This document shows, piece by piece, positions 24,288 through 36,065 of a DNA stretch of 64,000 nt. How positions within the stretch are numbered: the stretch's first letter is position 1; every line of letters starts with the position of its first letter. The position numbers and the translations under genes were made by a program. Below the pieces are notes generated by a model that saw only the letters and a list, made by a program, of their open reading frames with translations, ran no database searches and was not told the DNA's origin. Source of the stretch: Gammaproteobacteria bacterium (GTDB lineage: Bacteria; Pseudomonadota; Gammaproteobacteria; SZUA-152); NCBI GenBank assembly GCA_013152545.1, contig JAADGF010000105.1, positions 27,950 through 91,949 of the forward strand, read 5' to 3'.

Positions 24288-25280
24288 TTATAATCGGCTA
24301 GCAACCAAGGCCGCCCCTAACAAACCTATCTGGGGATTGCTTACCACGCTCACTGGAATCGTTTCCAACAGATGCTGCATTTTACTTTTGCGATTGAATG
24401 CCGCAATAAACTCGCCGTTTTTCAGTGTTTCCATAATACGTGGTGCAATTCCGCCAGAGATATAAACACCACCCGTAGCATGACTCATTAAGGCCAAATT
24501 ACCGGCTATTGCGCCATAGATTTGCACAAACAACGTAAGCACTTGGGCAGCCAACGTGTCGCCACCTTGCCCCGCCCCGAGTGTAGTAATGGCAGGCGCT
24601 ACGCCTGACGCCTCAATCGCTTGCGCCAGCACATCAGAAACCCCAGCCGGCGCTTTTGCCTTGAAAAAATCAAAAATATTATCCAGACCTGGACCCGATA
24701 ACACATGCTCAATGCTTACGGCATTATATTTACACCGTAAAAATTGTAATAATTCAATTTGCACATCAGTCGCAGGGGAAAAATCTGCGTGCCCACCTTC
24801 GGAAGGTAACACGTCGTAGTGACCACCACGCCAGACTAGCATAGCGCAGCCTAAACCGGTTCCGGCCCCGATGATGGCGCGTGCACCATGCTCAACATTC
24901 CGACCCCGTTGTAACACCACAAGATCAGCCTCGTTCAACCCTTCAATACCATAACCAATTGCTTGAAAATCATTGATTAAGCGAACATTGGAAATTCCAA
25001 AATGATGGCTTAACTGATAGGTATCGAGCAACCAGGGTAGATTTGTCACCTTAGCGGTATTACCCGAAATCGGTCCAGCGACACCAATACACATGGATTC
25101 AACATCACCATGAAACAACGGTCTTGCTTCCTTTAAAAACGCTGTCAACACCTCATCAAAGGCGACCGCAGCCTGACTATCATAACGACTCTCGTGTATT
25201 ATGGTTATTTGACCATTCGTGTTATCGGCAAGTTGCAATAAGGTTTTAGTGCCACCAATATCACCCGCGATTATTTTCAT
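24288..25280 (-). CDS. glk: glucokinase
   Basis: 330 aa, MKIIAGDIGGTKT... ROK/Glk-type N-terminus. Confidence 0.9.
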   Translation of the reverse strand: MKIIAGDIGGTKTLLQLADNTNGQITIIHESRYDSQAAVAFDEVLTAFLKEARPLFHGDVESMCIGVAGPISGNTAKVTNLPWLLDTYQLSHHFGISNVRLINDFQAIGYGIEGLNEADLVVLQRGRNVEHGARAIIGAGTGLGCAMLVWRGGHYDVLPSEGGHADFSPATDVQIELLQFLRCKYNAVSIEHVLSGPGLDNIFDFFKAKAPAGVSDVLAQAIEASGVAPAITTLGAGQGGDTLAAQVLTLFVQIYGAIAGNLALMSHATGGVYISGGIAPRIMETLKNGEFIAAFNRKSKMQHLLETIPVSVVSNPQIGLLGAALVASRL

Positions 25281-26069
25281 TTACGCGCCCGTCATGTTCG
25301 CTTGGGTATTTGCGAGGCTTACTTTATTCAGCATTTCCGGCGGTAGATGTTTTGCAGCCTTTGAATCCAAGTACCAAATCAACTCTCCCTCGGGATTAAT
25401 CTGCTCTATTGGATTACGCTTGGTTTGCTTAACACATATTTCGTAAAGTTTATCCGCTTTTGCATCACCGGCAGCAATAATGGCAATGTGTTTCGCCATA
25501 TTAATGATCGGGTACGTTAAACTGACCCGCCAAGTCTTTAGTTTTTCCACATAGACAGGCGCAACCAGCTTTGTTTTTTCATCAAGAATTAACGTATCTG
25601 GAAATAGCGAAGCCGTATGGCCATCATCGCCCATACCCAACAATATCAAATCAAAACGGGGGATACCGTTTGATTTTACCACCACAGTACGTTGCAGAGT
25701 CGCTTCATAGTTTTTTGCGCTGCTTTCAATGTCACAAGCATCAATAAGGATCGGGTGAACATTTTCCTCTGGAATAGCCACTTTAGAAAGCAACGCCTCC
25801 CATGCCATTCGATAATTACTATCCGCATGATCAAGGGGAACCGGTCTTTCGTCGCCAAAATAAACATGCACCTTCTGCCAGTCCACCGCATCCAAATAAG
25901 GTGATTGTGATAATAACTGATACAAAGTACGAGGAGTGCTGCCACCTGCCAACGCAACGTAAAACCCCCCTTGTGTTTGTATGGCTTGTTGCGAAAGCGT
26001 TAACCACCATTGCGCAACAACATGACTTAGTTCAGTGGTATCGGGGATTACCTGTATATCTGCCTGCAT
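25281..26069 (-). CDS. pgl: 6-phosphogluconolactonase
   Basis: 262 aa; ALAGGSTP motif of the DevB/Pgl family. Confidence 0.88.
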   Translation of the reverse strand: MQADIQVIPDTTELSHVVAQWWLTLSQQAIQTQGGFYVALAGGSTPRTLYQLLSQSPYLDAVDWQKVHVYFGDERPVPLDHADSNYRMAWEALLSKVAIPEENVHPILIDACDIESSAKNYEATLQRTVVVKSNGIPRFDLILLGMGDDGHTASLFPDTLILDEKTKLVAPVYVEKLKTWRVSLTYPIINMAKHIAIIAAGDAKADKLYEICVKQTKRNPIEQINPEGELIWYLDSKAAKHLPPEMLNKVSLANTQANMTGA

Positions 26070-26665
26070 TATGCCACTCCAATTTAGCGCTTGGTTGCAC
26101 TCTCATTTTCCCTGTTGGTTTTTCCTCTATCCGCATCCCCTGTTCGGTTAGCATAGGAACGTGCAGGTTTCGTTCCTTATTACTTAAAAAGACTATATTG
26201 CCATTAACCTAGAAAAATCAGTTAGACAGCCTGCATAGCGCCTTCACCAAATAGGTGAATGTCAATTTCAGTACAATCTATTCAATTAATCGCCAGTTAG
26301 TTACTCCTCATAGCGGTCAACTGATTTTTCCAAGTTTAATTTCTAGGTTTAATGATAGTACTGTTAAGAGCTGTTCTCAATCATTTCAGTCAATGACAAC
26401 AATAATTACAAAACCATCCCATTTCGCGCTATCCTAAAATCATCCGTGGAATGCTAGGGGGGTGTTAACAATCAACTCAGAGAAGAGAAAAAGGTAAAGG
26501 TCGTGCAATACCGAGGAAATCCATATAATGAATTTAGGCTTATGCCGTAATAAAGAAAAGAATGTAAAGACGCTATCCAACCACTAACGAAATGTACAGC
26601 AATCACTCAAATTACCGTTGACTTACTCTTCGGCAATGAGGAAAAAACCTGGCAACGGCTACTTA

Positions 26666-26826
26666 GCTCGCCTCTGATTTACTCGATTACTGTACCAAAT
26701 CGATTACTGTACCAAAAGTGCTCATTGACATCGGTAAACACCGGGCTTGTTCCTTGTTCTCAAACAAATCAAAGGCAATCTGAGCAGTTACTGTACATTT
26801 AAAAAACGAGGCTGAGTAGTTACAAA
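26666..26826 (+). repeat. family-1 intergenic repeat, copy B (purA-pgl spacer)
   Basis: About 80% identical to copy A over about 112 bp (aaaagtgctcatt...caaatcaaaggcaatctgagcagtt...ggctgagtagttaca), preceded by a tandem cgattactgtaccaaa x2. Confidence 0.8.
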
Positions 26827-26942
26827 ACGTGATGCATTCGGGTAAAAATGAACACATTTAACACCGCCACTGCGCAAGCTAAAGGCAGGCTGAACAGACA
26901 CAGCGGAACTGAATTATTTGTGCCGTTGATAACCTCCTTTGA

Positions 26943-28259
<1,317 letters not shown>

Positions 28260-28287
28260 CTAAGCCTGATTCAGATTCTATTAACTA

Positions 28288-28475
28288 GGAGCCTGTCCGG
28301 AAATAGAAAGCCGACTGCAAAAACGCCATTTTGGCTCTTTTTTACGATCACTACGTTAAATAGACTCAATATTCGCCTCAAATGCCAAAAGTAGGTGCCT
28401 GATGCAATCAAAAAAATGCACTCATAATGGCATTCCCTCTTCCCTCGTGACAGCTGCTATTCTCGAACAAGCTCC
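28288..28475 (+). mobile_element. family-2 palindromic MITE-like element, full copy 1 (~188 bp), abutting the hisZ stop
   Basis: Termini ggagcctgtccggaaatag... and ...gaacaagctcc are imperfect inverted repeats. The internal halves are an inverted duplication (caaaaacgccattttg... / ...cataatggcattccc). Same family as 38847..39029. Confidence 0.8.
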
Positions 28476-29656
28476 TAGCCGATTGTCGTTACTATCCAGC
28501 GTCCATTGTGTTTTTCTAATCGCCGATCACAAACCATGGCCGCTGCATCACCGATTTGCCCAGGCAATTGCCGCACCACCCTTTCACCCGACTGCCGCAA
28601 TTCATCAATACGCGTCTGCAAACCATCGTCTTGATCCGCTGGGGCGTAAACGCCAAAAATCTGACGACTACTGTTAGTCGCGAAATGCATAAGCGCCCGC
28701 AAATCAGCACTAAAGCCGCTCGCTGGCCGGGCTCGCCCGAATACTTCACCAATATGATCGTATCGCCCACCTTTGGCGATAGCTTGTCCAACACCAGGTT
28801 GATATGCAGCAAACACCATTCCAGTATGATAATGATAGCCACGCAACTCAGCTAAATCGTAATTCACTTGAATATCTGGATTATATTTTTGCACCTGCAA
28901 GGATATGTTTTCTAATGCATCAATCGCCTCATGAACGGATTGATCCGCTGACTTTAAAGTGTCTCTAGCCTGTGGCAAAACGTCCCGACTACCATTTAAC
29001 CACATTAACTGACTCAACATATTTTTCATGTTTTGGCCAATATCAAATTTTTGTAACAGCACATCAATTTCCGGCGCAGCTTTACGCTGAAGAGCATCAA
29101 ATAACGCACCCTCTTGCACCTCATTCAAACGGGCCTGCTTGGTCAAACCACGAAATATTCCGACATGCCCAAGATCGACGTATATATTTTCAATGCCAAT
29201 TTTCTTGAGCATGGCCAACATCAGACTTAATGTTTCAACATCGCTTTCCAGCCCTGCATGACCAAAAAGTTCTGCCCCTATCTGCATCAAACTGCGAGCA
29301 TTGGACAAATCTTCCGCATGGGTAAGTAGTACCGTACCAATATAACAGAGCCGAACAGGGTGTGGTCGGGCCAGCTGATGAGCATCAATACGCGCCACCT
29401 GAGGTGTCATATCGGCCCGAACCCCCATCATACGACCATTTTTCTGGTCGATCAGTTTATAGGTTTGCAGTTCGAGGTCGTTACCCATCCCTGTCAGCAA
29501 AGATTCGATATATTCCACAAAGGGCGGTATCACTAATTCATAGCCCCAGGTTGAAAAAAAGTCCAATAACCGACGCCGCATCCATTCAATTTGTTGAGCG
29601 TCTTCGGGCAGGAGTTCCTCTATTCCTTCTGGCAGGAGCCAATGATCGTTATTCAT
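28475..29656 (-). CDS. hisZ: ATP phosphoribosyltransferase regulatory subunit
   Basis: 393 aa; HisRS-like catalytic core without an anticodon-binding domain; adjacent to purA as in many gammaproteobacteria. Confidence 0.85.
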   Translation of the reverse strand: MNNDHWLLPEGIEELLPEDAQQIEWMRRRLLDFFSTWGYELVIPPFVEYIESLLTGMGNDLELQTYKLIDQKNGRMMGVRADMTPQVARIDAHQLARPHPVRLCYIGTVLLTHAEDLSNARSLMQIGAELFGHAGLESDVETLSLMLAMLKKIGIENIYVDLGHVGIFRGLTKQARLNEVQEGALFDALQRKAAPEIDVLLQKFDIGQNMKNMLSQLMWLNGSRDVLPQARDTLKSADQSVHEAIDALENISLQVQKYNPDIQVNYDLAELRGYHYHTGMVFAAYQPGVGQAIAKGGRYDHIGEVFGRARPASGFSADLRALMHFATNSSRQIFGVYAPADQDDGLQTRIDELRQSGERVVRQLPGQIGDAAAMVCDRRLEKHNGRWIVTTIG

Positions 29657-29923
29657 GGTTGAGGTGTTTACTGTTAATTGAATTTTTAGTTGATTTTATA
29701 TTCTGAAATACCACTTTGAATATACTGAAATGGTGACGGCTTGGTATTGAGAAAGGGTAAAACTCATTTTAGCCGCATGATTCGTCAGTTGAATCATTCA
29801 CCTTCTGCATGTATTGCTAAAATAGCGATCAAAAACCCATCAATGCATACTTGTTTTTTCACAGCCGCCCATGGCTGCCCCCCTAAGAGCCCCCATGGTC
29901 TCCAGCCCCTAAACGGACACAAA

Positions 29924-30112
29924 TCAACCGTTTATAAAATACAGCAATATTACACCAATTATCATACTGGTTAAACCAGCAAAACGTAACTGCCGATCGT
30001 CCACCTGCGTCAATAAAAGCATGGTTTTTTTCAATCCCTCTGGATTTAAAAAAGGAAAAATACCTTCAATGACCAGCACCAGCGCCAAGGCCAACAATAA
30101 ATCATGCCACAT
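29924..30112 (-). CDS. DUF2065-family small inner-membrane protein (YjeT-like)
   Basis: 62 aa with two predicted TM segments, immediately downstream of hflC as yjeT is in E. coli. Confidence 0.7.
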   Translation of the reverse strand: MWHDLLLALALVLVIEGIFPFLNPEGLKKTMLLLTQVDDRQLRFAGLTSMIIGVILLYFING

Positions 30113-30271
30113 GAGTTTTTATCACCTTTCGGTACAATCACACCTTAAGGCACAAGCGTGAATCCCGATATCGAATAAAGTTTTCGGGAATTTTCCTGCC
30201 ACCAAAACCCACCTCAGGCGTATTCGCTTATAACGAACACGCCTGAATCAATGACAGAATTAGTTGTATTA

Positions 30272-31126
30272 TTATTTAAAAAATTCGAAAAACTCACTTT
30301 TTGGTTGCAATACTAACAAATCATCCTTATTAGAAAACGATGATTTGTACGCATTAAGACTGCGATATAATGCATAGAAGTCTTTATCCTCATTATAGGC
30401 AAGCGCATAAATACTCGCGGCAGTTCCATCGCCTTCACCACGAACTTTTTCAGCATCGCGGTAGGCTTCGGCAAGAATAATGGTTCTTTGTCTGTCAGCG
30501 TCTGCCCGTATACCTTCAGCTTCCTCTTCACCACGCGCCCTTAAATCTTTGGCAACACGCTGACGCTCCGCCTCCATACGCCGATAGACGGATTCGCTAA
30601 TTTTATCATCTAAATCAATACGCTTAATACGTACGTCGACAATATCAATACCAAATTCCTGGGCGGTTTTATTAGCCTCAAGCGTCAGGATATCCATGAT
30701 CTCATTACGCTCACCCGACACCACCTCACGAATGGTGCGCTTACCAAACTCACCCCGCAAACCATCTTTTATAAACTGAGAAAGTCGCAGATTAGCACGC
30801 GCGGAGTCCCCACCCGTCGCTGTATAGTATTTTGCGACGTTGTCAATTCTCCATTTTACAAATGCATCAACGATTACGTTTTTCTTCTCGCTGGTCAGAT
30901 AACGTTCCGGATCTGCATCCATGGTTTGAATACGAGCATCAAACTTCAGCACGTTATTCATAAAAGGTATTTTGAAATATAATCCCGGCTCAAAATCAGT
31001 GCTGATAATTTCACCAAATTTAAACAACACCGCTTTTTCCCGTTGTTCCACGGTAAAGACTGACAAAGAACCAATCATCAATACCGCAGCGATAACCACT
31101 AAACTAATCATTTTCGCCGGATTCAT
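30272..31126 (-). CDS. hflC: protease modulator HflC
   Basis: 284 aa; SPFH/band-7 domain with N-terminal TM anchor. Confidence 0.95.
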   Translation of the reverse strand: MNPAKMISLVVIAAVLMIGSLSVFTVEQREKAVLFKFGEIISTDFEPGLYFKIPFMNNVLKFDARIQTMDADPERYLTSEKKNVIVDAFVKWRIDNVAKYYTATGGDSARANLRLSQFIKDGLRGEFGKRTIREVVSGERNEIMDILTLEANKTAQEFGIDIVDVRIKRIDLDDKISESVYRRMEAERQRVAKDLRARGEEEAEGIRADADRQRTIILAEAYRDAEKVRGEGDGTAASIYALAYNEDKDFYALYRSLNAYKSSFSNKDDLLVLQPKSEFFEFFK

Positions 31127-32331
31127 TAGCGTACTCCTCGACTGCGTGCACTATCCCGCTGCTCGGCAGCTGTGCGAGTTGCTGGCATTAATTCAACGGA
31201 GGATGGAGAGGAAAGAACATCCGATGCTGCACCACCTTTTATCAAACGATCCAACGGCAGATACATTAAGCTGTTTCCACCTTCAACATCGACTATAATT
31301 TTGCTCGCGTTATTCATAACGGATTCCATCGCATCGATATAAAGCCGCTTACGTGTTACCTCAGGCGCCTTTTTATATTCTGCAAGCACTTGTAAAAAAC
31401 GGCTAGTTTCACCATTTGCCTCCGCTATCACCTGCTCTTTGTAGGCGCTGGCCTCTTGGAATTGCCGTGCAGCTTTACCACGCGCCCTGGGAATAATGTC
31501 GTTGGAATAAGCTTGCGCTTCATTTTTCAAACGTTCGTTATCCTCTCGCGCTTTCACCGCATCATCAAAAGCCGCCTGCACTTGCTCTGGTGGTTGAGCA
31601 TCCTGCATGTTCACGCTGGTGATTAACAATCCCGCATTATAGCGGTCAAGAATATATTGAATAAGACTTTGAACCTTGGAAACAATCTCGGCACGACCTT
31701 CTGTAATCACAAAGTCCATGGTGTTTTTTCCGATAATTTCCCGTAACGCACTTTCGGTGGCCTGACGCAATGTGAGATCAGGGTCCTTAACATTAAAAAC
31801 ATAATCACTGGCGCTTTTAATTTTATATTGTACCGCTAATTGGATATCAACAATATTTTCATCCTTGGTAAGCATTAATGACTCCCGCTCCACTGATGTC
31901 ACTGCTTTGCGGTTTGCACTAGCAGTACGATACCCAACCGGCGCGTCCCGAATTTGTTCAATATCCACCACTTCATAGGATTGAATAAAAGGTGGTACCC
32001 ATTGCAGGCCGGGCATCGTGGTTTTAATGTATTTGCCAAATTGCAATACTACCGCTCGCTTACCCTCATCGATGGTATAAAACCCAGACACCCCCCAAAC
32101 GGCTATCGCTATGGCTAAAACAATACCAATACCAACAGAGCCAAAACCAGCCCCACCCCCTCCTTTACCACTGCCGGAACCTTTACCTGAACCTCCACCA
32201 AATAAAGATCCAAATTTATCCTGCATTTTTTTGACAACTTCATCCAGGTCAGGCGGGCCCTGATTACCTCTGTTACCACCGCCCCATGGATCTTTATCTT
32301 TTCCAGAACCACCAGGTTCGTTCCAGGCCAT
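31126..32331 (-). CDS. hflK: protease modulator HflK
   Basis: MAWNEPGGSGKDKDPWGG...; the ATG at 32331 has a GGAG Shine-Dalgarno 8 nt upstream (the track ORF starts 4 codons earlier at 32343); SPFH domain. Confidence 0.93.
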   Translation of the reverse strand: MAWNEPGGSGKDKDPWGGGNRGNQGPPDLDEVVKKMQDKFGSLFGGGSGKGSGSGKGGGGAGFGSVGIGIVLAIAIAVWGVSGFYTIDEGKRAVVLQFGKYIKTTMPGLQWVPPFIQSYEVVDIEQIRDAPVGYRTASANRKAVTSVERESLMLTKDENIVDIQLAVQYKIKSASDYVFNVKDPDLTLRQATESALREIIGKNTMDFVITEGRAEIVSKVQSLIQYILDRYNAGLLITSVNMQDAQPPEQVQAAFDDAVKAREDNERLKNEAQAYSNDIIPRARGKAARQFQEASAYKEQVIAEANGETSRFLQVLAEYKKAPEVTRKRLYIDAMESVMNNASKIIVDVEGGNSLMYLPLDRLIKGGAASDVLSSPSSVELMPATRTAAEQRDSARSRGVR

Positions 32332-32556
32332 TAAATTCTCCATCTTTAGTTGATTAAATAATTGATTAAAATAAAAATTTCCACCGCAAGCGCGGCCAGG
32401 TATTTAGAAAAATTCGTCCACTTCGCATCGCTCAAGATTTATTCGCGGTGAGCTGCGGGGAATATAATTCTCAAAGACCAACAATACCCTGCCCACCAGC
32501 AGAAGCAAAATTACTGCAATGCTGAGGCAAAAGATGAATTCTAGGGTGCTATGGCG

Positions 32557-33879
32557 TTAGCCGCAACAGTTAATAACTCGTTTATCCGGTTCTTTTTCTA
32601 ATTTTACCCCTTCTTTAGCCTGTATAGACGATAAATCTTTATAACTTATTACTATTTCCAGCAGGATGTCGCCGGTATCATCGATACATTCCCGCAACAC
32701 ATTGGCATTTTTATAAATCAAGGAACGCAACCGACCATTGCCTGGCGCAACACATACCCACTGGTGCAACATATCGCCAGCCATACGCTCCTTCATCGCC
32801 TGGAGCAACAGCGCAATACCTTCGCCAGTATATGCAGACACCCAAACCCGTACAGCCTGACCAGTTTCATCCCTGTCAATCCGAGGCTGGCAAGCGCCTT
32901 GTTCAAAACCGGCGACAAGATCTATTTTATTGTAAACCTCAAGTTGAGGCACGTGCTCCGCACCAATTTCCTTTAAAACCGCATTCACATGCTGGATATT
33001 ACCCTGACTATCCGCATAACTGGCATCAATAATATGCAGCAGCAGGCTTGCCTCACGGGTTTCTTCTAATGTGGAATGAAAGGCCTGGACGAGATCATGG
33101 GGTAATTGACGAATAAATCCAACGGTATCTACCAAAATCACCTTGCTATTGCCACCTAAATCACAACGTCTTAAAGTCGGGTCCAGGGTCGCAAAGAGCT
33201 GATCTTGTGCAAAAACATCCGCCTGGGTGATTCGATTAAATAAAGTGGATTTCCCAGCATTGGTATAACCAACCAGTGAAACGGTTGCTATATCCGCTTT
33301 CTTCCTAGCGCGACGCCCTTGCTGGCGCCGGTTATGGACTTTCGATAAACGTTTTGCAAGTTGCTTGATACGAAGACCAATTAAGCGGCGATCCGTTTCC
33401 AGTTGGGTTTCACCGGGTCCACGCAATCCTATCCCCCCCTTTTGGCGTTCCAAATGGGTCCACCCTCTTACTAATCGTGTGGATAAATGCTGCAATTGCG
33501 CCAGTTCAACCTGCAACCGACCTTCGTGCGTTGTGGCACGCTGTGCAAAAATATCAAGTATTAGCCCTGTGCGGTCAAGAACCCGGCATTGTAAAAATCG
33601 CTCCAGATTGCGTTCCTGCGCCGGTGTCAAACGGTGATCCACCAGCACGATATCAGCACCTACCGACAATATCTGCTCGCGAATTTCCTGCGCTTTGGCC
33701 TCACCGATCAAGTACTTTGGATCTGGTTTTTTACGAGCTCCGGTTACCACTGCGATCGGTTCTGCCCCCGCCGATAACGCTAGCTCCCGAAACTCATGTA
33801 ATTCCTCTTCATCCAAGCGAGAAATAAAATTGATATAGACAAGAACTGCTCTCTCACCGTTGTCGGGACGATCAAACAA
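32557..33879 (-). CDS. hflX: GTPase HflX
   Basis: 440 aa; MFDRPDNGERAVLVYINF N-terminus and GYTNAGKSTLFN G1 motif. Confidence 0.95.
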   Translation of the reverse strand: MFDRPDNGERAVLVYINFISRLDEEELHEFRELALSAGAEPIAVVTGARKKPDPKYLIGEAKAQEIREQILSVGADIVLVDHRLTPAQERNLERFLQCRVLDRTGLILDIFAQRATTHEGRLQVELAQLQHLSTRLVRGWTHLERQKGGIGLRGPGETQLETDRRLIGLRIKQLAKRLSKVHNRRQQGRRARKKADIATVSLVGYTNAGKSTLFNRITQADVFAQDQLFATLDPTLRRCDLGGNSKVILVDTVGFIRQLPHDLVQAFHSTLEETREASLLLHIIDASYADSQGNIQHVNAVLKEIGAEHVPQLEVYNKIDLVAGFEQGACQPRIDRDETGQAVRVWVSAYTGEGIALLLQAMKERMAGDMLHQWVCVAPGNGRLRSLIYKNANVLRECIDDTGDILLEIVISYKDLSSIQAKEGVKLEKEPDKRVINCCG

Positions 33880-33984
33880 CGACGCCTCCGAGAATACGGC
33901 TTTGAGGCGTCTGCTTGATTTGTTTTTGAAACCGCTTATTACTCAACTATCTATCGTAGCTTACGTCGCTTAAGAATATGAAGA

Positions 33985-34233
33985 TCATGAGCCGCGTTCA
34001 GCGCCGCCTTCAGTCGATGATGGTAATTTGATGTTTCTCGCAGGTACTACCGTCGAAATAGCATGTTTGTATACCATCTGACTCACGCTATTTTTAAGCA
34101 ACACCACGAATTGATCAAAGGAATCTATCTGCCCTTGTAATTTTATACCATTCACTAAATAAATGGCTACAGGCACTCTTTCTTTGCGCAGGGCATTTAA
34201 AAAAGGGTCTTGTAGGGATTGCCCTTTTGGCAT
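33985..34233 (-). CDS. hfq: RNA chaperone Hfq
   Basis: 82 aa; [46 protein letters not shown] Sm fold. Confidence 0.97.
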   Translation of the reverse strand: MPKGQSLQDPFLNALRKERVPVAIYLVNGIKLQGQIDSFDQFVVLLKNSVSQMVYKHAISTVVPARNIKLPSSTEGGAERGS

Positions 34234-34425
34234 GTTGAATCTCCTTAATTTATCATTGTTTTATAGCCGGAGGGTAGACACCAAATAACATCTCGTTTTT
34301 GACAAACATGAGATTTCTTGATAATTGGTCAGCTCGCCCTAAGTCAAACGCATAACAGTGTGTACAGTGTATAGTATTTGTAGCATCGACGTTCCACTAT
34401 CTACTATAGCACAACGCTTGATTTC

Positions 34426-35373
34426 CTATAATTTCGTCTTAACAATGGGGTCATTTAACAGTTTTTTCAAGACCTTAGAAAATAGCTTGTTATCTAAAGT
34501 ATCAAACCAAACTCCTTTTTTGTTTGCACGCAACCACGTAAACTGACGTTTCGCCAATTGCCTCGTGGCAACGATCCCTTTTTGGATCATTAGATCGTAA
34601 GCAAGTTCCCCCTCAAAGTACTCCCATACCTGCCGATAACCAACTGCCCTTATAGACGGTAGGTTTTTGTGCAAGCCACTGCAATTGAATAGTTTTCGCA
34701 CTTCATCAACTAAGCCCTTACTCAGCATCTCATTGAAACGTAAAGCGATTTTTTCATGCAACAGAGCACGATCACTAGGGGCAAGAATTAATTGAGTAAC
34801 ATCAAAGCAAAATTCGGTGGGTTTTTCATCTTTCAAAATCTGTGACATCGCCTTACCGGTTAATTCAAATACCTCTAAAGCGCGTTGAATCCGCTGCGGA
34901 TCATTAGGATGAATTCGTTGTGCGGCCATAGGATCTACCGTCATCAAGCGTTTGTGTAGGGCTTCCAGCCCCATGGTTTCAGCATCATATTCCAACTGTC
35001 TTCGTAAGGTGGGATCTGCCGCAGGCAAAGGCGATAACCCTTCATAGAGCGCACGGTAGTACAAAAACGTCCCTCCCACCAATAATGGAATATTCCCGCG
35101 GGAAATAATTTGTTGCATTATCAGTAAGGCATCCTCTGCAAATTGCGCAGCAGAATAAGGTTCACTGGGGTCACGAATATCAATAAGGTGATGCGGCGCA
35201 ATTTTTAGGATTTGCTGATCGGGTTTAGCGGTACCAATATCCATACCACGGTACACCATGGCAGAGTCTACACTCACTATTTCGCAAGGTAGCGCCTGCA
35301 CTAAGCGCACTGCAATCTCCGTTTTCCCAGAAGCCGTTGGCCCCATCAGGAAAATTGCTGCGGGTCTTGACAT
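34426..35373 (-). CDS. miaA: tRNA dimethylallyltransferase
   Basis: 315 aa; P-loop IFLMGPTASGKTEIAV. Confidence 0.95.
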   Translation of the reverse strand: MSRPAAIFLMGPTASGKTEIAVRLVQALPCEIVSVDSAMVYRGMDIGTAKPDQQILKIAPHHLIDIRDPSEPYSAAQFAEDALLIMQQIISRGNIPLLVGGTFLYYRALYEGLSPLPAADPTLRRQLEYDAETMGLEALHKRLMTVDPMAAQRIHPNDPQRIQRALEVFELTGKAMSQILKDEKPTEFCFDVTQLILAPSDRALLHEKIALRFNEMLSKGLVDEVRKLFNCSGLHKNLPSIRAVGYRQVWEYFEGELAYDLMIQKGIVATRQLAKRQFTWLRANKKGVWFDTLDNKLFSKVLKKLLNDPIVKTKL

Positions 35374-35867
35374 TAAGCAGGAAAGCTTTTGGCTATATTT
35401 TTAGCCAGGCTTTTAGCCAAAATAAGGGCATCTTCGCGACCTTTCTTGGTGGGATAATAATCTTTACGTTCACCTATTTGATTAAAACCCATTGCATCAT
35501 AAAGACAAAGCGCAATGCTATTACTCGGTCGAACTTCCAAAAAAACAGTGTCGATTTTTTTTTGTTCTGCCACTCCCAGCATATGGGACAACAGCTGCCG
35601 CCCCAACCCCTTACCTTGTCGCTCGCTACTAACACATAGGTTTAACACGTGGGCTTCAGCCGCTCCGGTGGACATTATGCCATAGGCGACGATATAGCCA
35701 TGCATCTCACAAACCTGACAATAATAGCCAGCACGTAAACAATCAATAAAAATCTGCCTGGTCCAGGGAAAAACGTAGCTTTTCAACTCGATGGCCATGA
35801 TCTCATCCATGTCATTTTTGAGCATTGGGCGAAGAAAAAAGGGTGATGTTTCGAGTACGGCACTCAT
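35373..35867 (-). CDS. rimI: ribosomal-protein-alanine N-acetyltransferase (GNAT)
   Basis: 164 aa; GNAT motif RQGKGLGRQLL; sits upstream of miaA as in the tsaB-rimI neighbourhood. Confidence 0.8.
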   Translation of the reverse strand: MSAVLETSPFFLRPMLKNDMDEIMAIELKSYVFPWTRQIFIDCLRAGYYCQVCEMHGYIVAYGIMSTGAAEAHVLNLCVSSERQGKGLGRQLLSHMLGVAEQKKIDTVFLEVRPSNSIALCLYDAMGFNQIGERKDYYPTKKGREDALILAKSLAKNIAKSFPA

Positions 35868-36058
35868 AATTGATTACATATATACTTAGGCTTAGGGTCC
35901 GTTAAGTGTGCTTCCTGCTTGTTTTCATAACAGTAAAAGCGGTTTTTTTGAAATGGTAAAACAACGCAGAACAACCAAACAATTGCGAGGCATTTCAACG
36001 TAGCCATGAAATAAACAGGGTATTCGATGAGACTAAATGCCACGGTTATACACATCAC
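35864..36058 (-). CDS. small hydrophobic ORF (64 aa), ATGA-coupled to rimI; function unknown
   Basis: Its stop overlaps the rimI start by 4 nt. No recognisable domain; it could be spurious. Confidence 0.3.
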   Translation of the reverse strand: MMCITVAFSLIEYPVYFMATLKCLAIVWLFCVVLPFQKNRFYCYENKQEAHLTDPKPKYICNQL

Positions 36059-36065
36059 CTGAACA

